Source: Mobula hypostoma (lineage: Eukaryota). From it: a DNA stretch of 64,000 bases. Below, in pieces: positions 25,800-37,423 of the stretch. Below the pieces are notes generated by a model. The model had not been told where the DNA came from, did no database searches, and worked only from the letters and a program-made list of their open reading frames with translations. The stretch spans positions 169,138,001 through 169,202,000 of the forward strand of contig NC_086097.1 in assembly GCF_963921235.1 (NCBI RefSeq), in the 5' to 3' direction. Position 1 is the first letter of the stretch. Every line of letters begins with the position of its first letter. The position numbers were made by a program, and so were the translations under genes.

Positions 25800-28700
25800 A
25801 TTTAAACTAGCTGGCTAGCTGCCAAGGAGCTACGCCATTGATGTCCTACGTGATGAGGCCAAACTCCCTGTAGACTTGCTTAAAGTTGTAATACAATAAA
25901 CATGATAATATAAGTACATATTTTAATGTCACATTTGCTGCATATACCCAACTCGGTTTACAGATTAGACAAAATCACTAAACAAAGTATTACATACACC
26001 CTTGGAGGTCGACGGCGGGGGGGGGGCGCGGTAAGGGGTGGATATGGGGTTGCGGGGAGCGGGGTGCTACCTCGCTGAAGTGGTGGTGTTACCTCCCTGA
26101 AATGAGTTTTTGCAGGGTGGGATGTCTGAGGATGTATCCTGGAACTGTGCATCACACTTTAGGGTCTGCCCTCAAAATCACAGCTCAGAGCCAAAATATC
26201 AGACTGAATTCCAAACTTTTGAAATCCATTGAGGATTTAAAAGGCACGTTCATAGTTTCTGCGTAATACGGATTATTTCAACAACAATTTGCACTTATTA
26301 GCATCAGTCATACTGGAATCACCCTAAGGCAATTTACAGAAGTATTATCAAATAAAATTTAACACTGGGCCACAAGGAAATGTTAAGAACATATGACTAA
26401 AAGAATTACCAATATATTAGCTTTAAAACAAACCTCACTGGGAGTTGTAGGCCTAAGCACCGGTGGTGAGACATGATTAGGTGATCAGAACTGAAAAAAC
26501 ACTGCCTCTCCACCTTTTTTCAAATTCACACTGTTCTTTTAGTGAAGTAACCAGTCATTTTGAGCCACTTCCCACTTCTGATTTGTGTTCTCCCATCTCT
26601 TCAACTCCCCAATTCAATATGGTTTTAATTTGCACCAAGGAGGAGCCAAATTAAAATGTGAAATAACAAAAGCAATAAAACTCTAGTGTGGAAATTGCTC
26701 ACAATGTCATAGGTACATTCTAAAGCTAAAGCAAAATAACTATTTGGTGTCACAATCCACCTTCAACATAAATCAAAGAGGAGCCTGGACTAACACCACA
26801 CAACTGAACTCTTAGTGGCCTTCAAAACCTAATCATCATGATGAGTGGAGAGAGGCATAACCACCATGTATAACAACAGTACTGCTTTTTGAACACCGTT
26901 AACACATATGAAGGAATCCAAGATTAAAAGTATGAGATATAAACACCTGACAATATTATGCTTCAAGAAACAATAACATTGAAATGAGGCTTGTATCATA
27001 TGTTTATTCAGGAAGGGTAAAAACACAGATTTAGTTGAGTATCAAAACTGAAAGAGAAATGTGTCAGTATGGGACATGATGCTTTCCTTTGGATATCTTT
27101 GATCAGATACAGAACAAAAGTGGCATTAAATGAATATCTTGCTTAAAGCCATTAGTTTTAAGATGATGAAACAGCATTGCACGAACAACATTTGGTTCAC
27201 TGGGACATGGGTTTATGACCATGATAGAAACCACATGTATGTAAAGAAAACTCAGAGACAATTAGTTTGTTCCTTTCAGAAAATGTTAACAAAATTTCAC
27301 TGAAATCACTGCACCACTGTGATAAAACACAAACAGGATCTCAACATTTTAAGACAAAATTCTACCATTTTAAACTTAATGCTAAATTTGCATGATTCTG
27401 TTTTTATGCAATATTTCATTTATCACCCACACATAATAGAGTACAACACTCTCCTGAAGTCCATAATTATAAAATGAATTACAACTCTTGCACTATTACA
27501 GGGTAACCTGAATCTACTTTAGACCATAAGACACAGGAGCAGAATTAGGCCATGCAGCCCATTTCATAATGGCTGATCACAGATCCCATTCAACCCCATA
27601 CATCTGCTTTCTCGCTATATCCTTTGATGTCCTGACAGATCAGGAAACTATCAACTTCCGCCTTAAATGTATCCATGAACTTGGCCTCCACGGCAGTCTG
27701 CGGCAGAAAATTCCTCCTTACCTCCATTCTAAATTGTCACCCCTCAGTGTTGAGGCTGTGCCCTCTTGTTCTGGATATCCCCACCATACAAAGCATCCTC
27801 TCTACATCCACCTTATCTACCCTTTCAACATTCAGTAGGTTTCAATGAGATCCTCACACATTCTTCTAAATTCCAGTGACTGCAGGCCCAAAGCTGCCAA
27901 ACACGCCCCTTATGTTAACCCCTTCATTCCTGGAATCATCCTCGTAAACCTCCTCTAGACTCTCTCCAATAACAACACATCCTTTCTGAGATATGGAGCC
28001 CAAAACTGTTGACAATACTCCAAGTGCAGCCTGACTGTGTGTGTGTCCTCAGCATTATCTCCTTCCTTTTATATTCTATTCACCTTGAAATAAATGCCAA
28101 CGTTGCATTTGCCTTCTTTACCACAGACTCAACCTGTAAATTAACCTTCTGGGAGTCTTGCACGAGGACTCCTGAGTCCCTCTGCACCTCTGACGTTTGA
28201 ACCTTCTCCCCATTTAGATAATAGTCCACAATCTTGTTCCTTTTACCAAAATACATTACCATACATTTCCCATCACTGTATTTCATCTGCCCCTTTGCTG
28301 CCATTCTTCCCATTTGTCTGAGTCCTGCTGTAATTGCATTGCTTCCTCAACACTACCTACCCCTCCACCTATCTTCAAACTTTACCACAAAGCCATCAAT
28401 TCCATTGACAAACAATGTGAAAAGTAACGGCCCCAATGCTGACCCCAAAGGAACACCACTACTCACTGGCAGCCATCCAGAATGGGCCCTCTTTATTCCC
28501 ACTTGCTGTCTCCTGGCTGTCAGCCATTCCACTATCCATGCCAATATCTTTCCATAGGATTTTATCTTGTTAAGCAACCTCATGTGTGGTGCCTTATCAA
28601 ATGCCTTCTGAAAACCCAAGTAAATGACATCCACTGCCTCTCCTTTGTCCACTCTGCTTGTTACTTTATCGAAGAATTTTAACAGATTTATCGGGCAAGA

Positions 28701-29691
28701 TTTCCCTTTAAAGAAACCATGCTGACTTTGATTTATTTTATCATTAATCTCCAAGTACCCCGAAACGTGATCCTTAATAATAAACTCCAACACTTTCCCA
28801 ACCACTAAGGTTAGGCTAACTGGCCTACAATTTCCTTTCTTTTGCCTTCCTCCCTTCATAAGAGATGGAATAACATTTGCAATCTTCCAGTCCTCCGAGA
28901 CTATGCCAGAATCAAGTGACTCTTAGAAACATAGAAAACCTACAGCACAATACAGACCCTTTGGCCCACAAAGCTGGCTGAACATGTCCTTACCAGAGAA
29001 ATTACCTGAGGTTACCCATAGCCTTCTATTTTTCTGTCCAGGAGTCTCTTAAAAGACCCTATCGTATCCACCTCCACCACCGTCGATGACAGCCCATTCC
29101 ACACACTCACCACTCTCTGCGTAAAAAACTTACCCCTGACATCTCCTCTGTAACTACTTCCAAGCACCTTAAAACTGTGCCCTCTCATGTTAGCCATTTC
29201 AGCCCTGGGAAAAAGCCTCTGACTATCCACACGATCAATGCCTCTCATCATCTTATACACCTCTATCAGGTCACCTCTCATCCTCCGTCACTCCAAGGAA
29301 AAAAGGCTGAGTTCACTCAACCTATTCTCACAAGGCATGCTCCCCAATCCATGCAACATCCTTGTAAATCTCCTCTGCACCCTTTCTATGGTTTGCACAT
29401 CCTTCCTATAGTGAGGTGACCAGAACTGAGCACAGTACTCCAACTGGGGTCTGACCAGTGTCCTATATAGCTGCAATATTACCTCCCGGCTCCTAAACTC
29501 AATCCCACGATTGATGAAGGCCAATGCACCATATGCTTTCTTAACCACAGAGTCAACTTGCGCAGCAGACTTGAGTGTCCAATGGACTCAGACCCCAAGA
29601 TCCCTCTGATCCTCCACACTGCCAAGAGTCTTACCATTAATACTATATTCTGTCATCATATTTGACCTATCAAAATGAACGACTTCACACT

Positions 29692-30357
29692 TAAGCAACA
29701 CACATCAAAGTTGCTGGTGAACACAGCAGGCCAGGCAGCATCTCTAGGAAGAGGTACAGTCGACGTTTCGGGCCGAGACCCTTCGTCAGGACTAACTGAA
29801 GGAAGAGCTAGAAAGAGATTTGAAAGTGGGAGGGGGAGGGGGAGATCTGAAATGATAGGAGAAGACAGGAGGGGGAGGGATGGAGCCAAGAGCTGCACAG
29901 GTGATTGGCAAAAGGGACATTAGAGGATCATGGGCCAGGAGGCCCAGGGAGAAGAAAAAGGGGGAGGGGGGGAAAAACCCAGAGGATGGGCAAGGGGTAT
30001 AGTTAGAGGAACAGAGGGAGAAAAAGGAGAGAGAGAGAAAGAATGTGTGTATATAAATAAATAACGAATGGGGTACGAGGGGGAGGTGGGGCATTAGCGG
30101 AAGTTAGAGAAGCCAGTGTTCATGCCATCAGGTTGGAGGTGACCCAGGCGGAATATAAGGTGTTGTTCCTCCAACCTGAGTGTGGCTTCATCGTTACAGT
30201 AGAGGAGCCTGTGGATAGACATATCAGAATGGGAATGGGACGTGGAATTAAAATGTGTGAGATGCTGCCTGGCCTGCTGCGTTCACCAGCAACTTTGATG
30301 TGTGTTGCTTGAATTTCCAGCATCTGCAGAATTCCTCGTGTTTGCGTTTTTAATTTC
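29692..30357 (-). mobile_element. Penelope-like element (GIY-YIG C-terminus and pLTR) with inverted 5' pLTR and tail
   Basis: HFNSTSHSHSDMSIH.LL...LRLEEQHLIFRLG.LQPDGMN on the minus strand; inverted pLTR piece at 30260-30350; 10-bp TSD acttcacact at 29682-29691 and 30358-30367. Confidence 0.9.
29758..29793 (-). ncRNA. Minimal type I hammerhead ribozyme in a PLE pLTR
   Basis: Minus strand reads AGTC-CTGACGA-A-GGGT CTCG GCCC-GAAA-CGTC^GACT: intact core, stems I and II, loopless palindromic stem III. Confidence 0.8.
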
Positions 30358-31625
30358 ACTTCACACTCATCTGGGTTGAACTCCATTTGCCACTTTTCAG
30401 CCCAGCTTTGCATCCTATCAATATCCCACTGTAATCTCTGACAGTCCTCCACACTATCCACAACACCCCCAACCTTTGTGTCATCAGCAAATTTACTAAC
30501 CCATCCCTCCACTTCTTCATCCAGGTCATTTATAAAAACCACAAAGAGTAGGGGTTCCAGAACAGATCGCTGAGGCACACCACTGCTGACCGACCTCCAT
30601 GCAGAATATGACCCATTTACAACCACTCTTTGCCTTCTATGGGCAAGCCAGTTCTGGATCCACAAAGCAAGTTCCCCTTGGATCCCATGCCTCCTTACTT
30701 TCTCAATAAGCCTTGCATGGGGTACCTTGTCAAATGCCTTGCTGAAATCCATATACACTACATCTACTGCTCTTCCTCATCAATGTGTTTAGTCACATCC
30801 TCAAAATATTCAATCAGGCTCGTAAGGCTGTAAGTCATCCCTACAATTGCCAAGATCCTTTTCCATAGTGAATACTGAAGCAAAGTACTCATTAAGTACC
30901 ACTGCTATCTCCTCTGTTTCCATACACACTTTTCCACGGTCACACTTGATTGTTCCTATTCTCTCACGTCTTATCTTCTTGCTCTTAACATACTTGTAGA
31001 ATGCCTTGGAGTTTTCCTTAATCCTCTCTGCCAAGGACTTCTCATGGCTCCTTCCGGCTCTCCTAATTTCTTTCTTGAGCTCCTTCCTGCTAGCCTTATA
31101 ACCTTCTAGCTCTCTATCATTACCTGGCCTTTTGAACCTTTCATAATCTTTTCTTTTCTTCTTGACTAGATTTATAACAGCCTTTGTACACCACGGTTCC
31201 TGTATCTTACCATCCTTTCCCTGTCTCATTGGAACGTACCTATGCAGAACTCCACGCAAATAACCCCTGAGCATTTGCCACATTTCTTCCATACATTTCC
31301 CCGAGAGCATCTTGAAAGATCATAACCAAGAAAGATTATTTCTTCAGCAACCTCTCTCAAGACTCTGGGATGTAGTCCATCTGGCCCAGGTGATTTATCC
31401 ACCTTAAGACCTTTGAGGTTGCCCAGCACTTTTTTCTTTGTAAAAGCAATGACACTCACTCCTGCTCCCTGACACTCGTGGACCTCTGGCACACTGCTAG
31501 TATCTTCCACAATGAAGACTGATGCAAAGTACCTACTGGAAGTTCATCTGCAATTTCTTTTTCCCCATCACTACCTCAACACCATCATTTTCCAGTGGTC
31601 CAATATCAACTCTCACCTCCCTTTT

Positions 31626-31755
31626 AATCATATAACCATATAACAATTACAACATCGAAACAGGCCATCTCGGCCCTTCTAGTCCATGCCAAACTCTTAC
31701 TCTCACCTAGTCCCACTGACCTGCACTCAGCCCATAACCCTCCATTCCTTTCCTG
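31626..31755 (-). mobile_element. Short CR1 3' tail insertion
   Basis: (catataac)n tail and gaaacaggccatctcggccc 3' UTR interrupt the host CR1. Confidence 0.7.
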
Positions 31756-31919
31756 CTCTTTACTCTTTATATAACTGAAAAATCTTTTAGTATTCTGCTT
31801 TATACTACTGGCCAGTCTCATATTTCAACTTTTCCCTTCTTATAGCTTTTTAGTTGCTTTTTGTTGGATTTTAAAAGCTTCCCAATCATCCAATTTCCCA
31901 CTCACTTTACTACTATATA

Positions 31920-33538
31920 CTGTGGCATGCAAAAGTTTGGGCACCCGTGGTCAAAATTTCTGTTATTGTGAATCACTAAGCGAGTAAAAGATGACCTGAT
32001 TTCCAAAAGGCATAAAGTTAAAGATGACACATTTCCTTAATATTTTAAGCAAGAAAACTTTTTTATTTCCATCTTTTACAGTTTCAAAATAACAAAAAAG
32101 GAAAAGGGCCTGAAGTAAAAGTTTGGGCACCCTGCATAGCAGTACTTAGTAACACCCTCTTTGGCAAGTATCACAGCTTATAAACGCTTTCTGTAGCCAG
32201 CTAAGAGTCTTTCAATTCTTGTTTGGGGGATTTTCGCCCATTCTTCCTTGCAAAAGGCTTCTAGTTCTGTGAGATTCTTGGGCTGTCTTGCATGCACTGC
32301 TCTTTTGAGGTCTATCCACAGATTCACGATGATGTTTAGGTCAGGGGACTGTGAGGGCCATGGCAAAACCTTCAGCTTGCGCCTCTTCAGGTAGTCCACT
32401 GTGGATTTTGAGGTGTGTTTAGGATCATTATCCTGTTGTAGGAGCCATCCTCTTTTCATCTTCGGCTTTTTTACAGACGGTGTGATGTTTGCTTCCAGAA
32501 TTTGCTAGTATTTAATTGAATTCATTCTTCCCTCTACCGGTAAATGTTTCCCGTGCCACTGGCTGCAACACAAGCCCAAAGCATGATCGATCCACCCCCG
32601 TGTGCTTAACAGTTGGAGAGGGGTTCTTTTCATGAAATTCTGCACCCTTTTTTCTCCAAACATACCTTTGCTCATTGCAGCCAAAAAGTTCTATTTTAAC
32701 TTCATCAGTCCACAGGACTTGTTTCCAAAATGCATCAGGCTTGTTTAGATGTTCCTTTGAACCTTTAGAATAGAACTTTTTTGGCCGCAATGAGCAAAGG
32801 TATGTTTGGAGCAAAAAGGGTGCAGAATTTCATGAAAAGAACCCCTCTCCAACTGTTAAGCATGGGAGTGGATTGATCATGCTTTAGTCTTGTGTTGCGG
32901 CACGGGGAACATTTACTGGTAGAGGGAAGAATGAATTCAATTAAATACCAGCAAATTCTGTAAGCAAACATCACACCGTCTGTAAAAAAGCCAAAGATCT
33001 AAAGAGGATGGCTCCTACAACAGGATAATGATCCTAAACACAACTCAAAATCCACAATGGATTACCTCAAGAGGCTCAAGCTGAAGGTTTTGCCATGGCC
33101 CTCTCAGTCCCCCGACCTAAACATCATCGAAAATCTGTCAATAGACCTCAAAAGAGCAGTGCATGCAAGATGGCCCAAGGACCTCACAGAACTTAGAAGC
33201 CTTTTGCAAGGAAGAATGGACGAAAATCTCCCAAACAAGAATTGAAAGACTCTTAGCTGGCTACAGAAAGTGTTTACAAGCTGTGATACTTGCCAAAGGG
33301 GGTGTTACTAAGTATTGACCATGCAGGGTGCCTAAACGTTTGCTTCGGGCCCTTTTCCTTTTTTGTTATTTTGAAACTGTGAAAGATGGAAATAAAAAAG
33401 TTTTCTTGCTTAAAATATTAAAGAAATGTGTCATCTTTAACTTCATGCCTTTTGAAAATCAGTTCATCTTTTACTCACTTAGCTATTCACAGTAACAGAA
33501 ATTTTGACCACGGGTGCCCAAACTTTTGCATGCCACTG
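31920..33538. mobile_element. Fold-back Tc1/mariner element made of two inverted 3' halves
   Basis: TA|ctgtggcatgcaaaagtttgggcacc ... ggtgcccaaacttttgcatgccactg|TA; QQDNDPKH and WPSQSPDLN encoded on both strands; IR/DR-type inner repeat near 32117. Confidence 0.95.
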
Positions 33539-35039
33539 TATGCCCTTTCCTTGGCTTTTATGTAGTCCTTAACTTCCCTTGTCAGCCATGGTTGTCGACC
33601 CCTGCTATTTGAGAACTTCTTTCACTCTGGAACATATCTATCCTGCACCTTGTGAACTATTCCCAGAAACTTCAGCATCTCTGCTCTGCCGTCATCCCCA
33701 CCAGTATTCTCTCCTCCAGTCGACCTGGACAAGCTTCTCTCTCATGCCTCTGTAATTCCCTTTATTCCATTGCAATACTGATACATGTTACTTATGCTTC
33801 TCCCTCTCAAATTACAGTATGAATTCAATCATATTGTGATCACTGCCGCCTAAGGATTCCTTTACATTAAGCTCTTTCTAAAGATGTAATTCCATCTCTT
33901 ACCAAGAGAACCACACCACTGCCTATGCCTTCCTTTCAATATGAAGTATACCCTTTGATGTTAAGCTCTCAACTATGGTCTTCTTTCAGCCAAGCCTTAG
34001 TTATGCGCACAACATCATACTGACCAATCTCTAGCTCTGCCACGAATTTGTCCACCTTATTCCAAATGCTACACACATTTAATACAGCACCTTCAGTCCT
34101 GCCTTCTTTGCCCTTTTGAATTTCACCTCTGTGGTACAATTTAACTCTTTGCTCTATCTGCATTTGTACCAAATCATTGGCTTCTTTCTTACATTCATTT
34201 AACACCTATCATCTAGATGTAAATCTGCTGCTTCATCCTCAGCTCTATCATACTGGTTCCCATCCCCTGTCATATTAGTTTAAACCACTCCCAACAGTTC
34301 TAGTTCAAAATTGCCCATGAGAATATTGGTCCTCCTCGGATTCAAGTTCAACCCTTCCCTCTTGTACAGGTCACAGCAGCCCCAGAAGAGGTCCCAGACG
34401 TCTAGAAATCTGAATCCCTAGTCCCTGCTTGAATTCTTCAGTCACGCATTTATCTGCCACCTCATTCTATTCCAATCCTCACTGTCACATGGCACAGGCA
34501 GCAATCCTGACAATACTACCCTTGAGGTCCTGCTTCTCAGCTTCCTTCCTAATTCCCTGTATTCTGTTTTCAGGACCTCCTCCCTTTTTCCACCTATGTC
34601 ATTGGTACCAATATGTAACACGACTTCTGGCTGTCCACCTTCCCTTTTCAGGATATTGTGGACACATTCAGAAACATCGTGGATCCTGGCACCCACGAGG
34701 CAAACTACCATCCATGTTTCTTTTTCGCATCCACAGAGTTGCCTATCTGTCCCCCCTAACTATAGCGGTCCCTATTACTGCTGCCATCCACTTCAGTTCC
34801 CTCCCCTTCTGAGCTACAGGGCCAAAGGCATGGCTGCTCTTATGACATTGAAAGGTGGAAATAAGTGAATCCGTGTAAAAGATCAGTGGAGAGAAAACAT
34901 TCTCCAAGATAGTGGTGGAGGAATTCAAAATTAAATGAGACCCATGTGTCAATTTGTTATGGAATCACGCAAGGTCAAAAATCACCTGCTTCCACTCTGT
35001 TTCTGCAGATTCGGGGATGGTTGATATGGGATCTGCAGT

Positions 35040-35640
35040 CAGATGGGGATTGATAGGGCAAATGGACATGTTATTTGGAATGTGGTTCACCTCATCCATT
35101 TGACTTCTGCATGCTCCCATCATCTAGACTTGAAGTGCCTTATACTTTCCCAGATGTTCTTTCTCCATTCTGATTCAGCTGTACAACAAGGATTCCCATA
35201 TGAAGGAGCAGATGCTGCATATTTTGAGAATTTTCTTGAAGGTTTTCCCTAACCTCCTGGGAATATCTTGCTGTGTCAGAGCTCAAGTCAACTACTTGTT
35301 TCAGGAATCTAGAATCAGAAACATGGATAATGTGACTAACCCAGCAGAGATGGTTGACCATGTTCAGAGTCTTCCTGCTGGGAAACTGGCCTGGTGGAGA
35401 ACACTGGCACTGGCTCACCTATCCTGCTATTGGATCTGAAGGATCTGCAAAGACAGCATTGGTGGTATATCTGCAGGGCTTTGAGATATTTACTGTAGGG
35501 CACTTCTGTCCCTAAAGCACACAGAAGAACAGAGATCACTATGAGTTTAATGCCTAATCCAAGGTCTTGGTCTTCAAAGAGTTTTATTTCCTAAATCAGT
35601 CAAAGGCCGTACTAGCAGAACAGATGCACCGTGACTCTCA
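35040..35640 (-). mobile_element. Old RTE-clade LINE fragment
   Basis: LCWVSHIIHVSDSRFLKQV resembles the RTE ORF2 C-terminal WAGHV.RM...R.PKQ motif. Confidence 0.55.
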
Positions 35641-36639
35641 AGATATGGAAAGTGATCCATAATTTCCAATGTTTTGCCATAATTTCATCCAACAGTGGAG
35701 GAAATATGACAGACCAAATTCCCTACTCCTTCCACTACTTGTGTTCTTTTGCAACTTAATTTACCGGGGAATGGCTTTGAAAAGTTGATGCAGACCTTTG
35801 TCTTTTCAATGCTTAGTTTAGGATCCATCTTCAGTCACATTTAGAGAAAGAAATGTAGAATTATTTGGAACTCAGTCTCTGTATGTACATGCATAAATGT
35901 GGTTGAACTTGAAACCTGATGATCAAAGTTGGAGTGATGTAGTTCTGAGGTGGAGGTAAAGGTTAAATAGTTTCTTAATCATCCTGTAGATTAACTCTAG
36001 TGAGGATCTATTGAAGATGTAGTAATGATTGCATCCAAGATGACTGAAAAGGTCCCTGTGCTTGAGTGAACCTTGTCTGCACTGTCTAAAGATGTACTGG
36101 AGGAACACAAATTTTATGTCATCATTTAGTAGATAGAGACAGGAAATAAGTTTTAGAAAGGTGACCCTTCTGAAGCACCCTTGAATCATCCTTTCCTTTT
36201 GTAACAACTCATTTCTTTAGAAAAATTAAAAGTTGAACCCTCCATTACTTTCAGATTATGACAATTAATTCATTTATAATTATGCATTTCATATCTTTTT
36301 AATTGTCCCATTTACTGGGTAAAAAAATATTTAGCAATTCAGCCTGTAAATGACCCAAAAACGTCCATCAATAAAATTCGCACAAACCGAGCCGAGGTGA
36401 AATTTTAAGTTATTTTAAAATCAATATCGCATTGAGTAACTACCGAAGGTTTACTTCCAGATTTCAAATGGGTTTTATTTTGCTGTCACAAAGTGCTTTT
36501 GTGATGGTGTTCGGCTTATGTGATTACTGTGCTGTTGACTTTAAACTTAGGCCTGTCTGGCTAGCGCACAGACAACACATTCTGTGTTATTGCCCCAGTC
36601 TGGCTGCAACTCTCCTCCCTGTCTGGCTTCTATAGGAAT

Positions 36640-37230
36640 ACATAACGCTTTCATTTTCTCTCTCTCTCTCCTCTCCACGCCACAAAACCATTTCGCACCC
36701 CGCCAGCCATACCCTTGGAAATTATAAATGTATTTACCAGACACAAATCCAACTTAACCGTCTCCACCAGCCCTCCTGCTCCTCTGATCGTGAGTACATG
36801 ACAGCAAGCCTCACTCAGCCCGGGGCTGCTGTCTGGCGCGGTGTCAGTCACCGACTGACTGATTGAGCGAGCGGCGCTCGAGCTCGCCTCCTCCCGGCTC
36901 GTGCCTCCTCCCCCTCCCCCCAACCCCAACCCCAACCCGCCCCCCCCCGGGCCAACCGTCCTAACCGTCTCTCGCTGCTACCTCCTCCTGTCGTCACCCC
37001 CCCACCCCAGACGGCCCGCTCAAGCTCCAGCCAGACAGTCACACAAGACGGGGTGGGGGGCGGGGGGTGTTGCAGGATGGCGGGGGGGGGAGGGAGGGGA
37101 AGGAAGCCAGTAACATTGAAGGAAAGATGAGCTCCTCCCCTTGGTTGTCGTCCGGCTCGTTCCGCCGCTGCACCGCCACCTGCAGGACTGGATGGAAGAT
37201 GACCCGCCGCTGGAACCAACTAAAGAGGGG
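36640..37230. promoter_or_regulatory. CpG island, probable promoter and first exon of the minus-strand gene
   Basis: The only CpG-rich non-repeat block in the window, with a GC box (ggggcgggg near 37058); candidate minus-strand donors ACG|gttaag (exon end 36759) or CTG|gtaaat. Confidence 0.7.
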
Positions 37231-37423
37231 TGGTGAGGAGGGGCACATAATGGAGATGCTCAAAATTTTGTGGAACATGGATGGGAGGTGAATTTTCCCC
37301 AGAGTATGACTGAGACACAGTGAAAAACTTGAGTTTTGCATGCCAAGCAGACAGATAATTGTCCTGCACAATTACATGAAGATAGTAAAAAGAAAACTGA
37401 AGTTCCAACACATTTTTTTTGCA

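Larger units (their letters stand above)
24472..26128. mobile_element. Non-autonomous TIR transposon (outer element of the nest), 13-bp TIR and 6-bp TSD
   Basis: aggatg|cagacatcccacc ... ggtgggatgtctg|aggatg. Confidence 0.8.
28925..31309 (-). mobile_element. Second CR1 subfamily nested in the first
   Basis: Own (tagaaaca) tail at 28925; ORFs 30810-31310, 30120-30758, 29288-29548 and 29012-29281; the host resumes at cttgaaagatc. Confidence 0.9.
27521..34822 (-). mobile_element. Near full-length CR1 LINE (ORF1 SGNH-esterase, APE, RT) split by nested insertions
   Basis: ORF1 at 34442-34711 (GARI.DV, VVLHIGTND), endonuclease at 33969-34205, RT at 31226-31510 and 28353-28859, tail at 27521. Confidence 0.9.

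Noticed and set aside
34442..34711. Host SGNH hydrolase gene
   Set aside because: It is ORF1 of the surrounding CR1 and is collinear with its endonuclease and RT
36918..36940. Telomeric repeat
   Set aside because: Only three TTGGGG units, not vertebrate TTAGGG; part of a GC-rich promoter tract
36651..37371. Pro/Gly/Ala-rich ORFs at the CpG island
   Set aside because: Low-complexity frames expected in GC-rich DNA, mostly non-ATG starts, no recognisable domain
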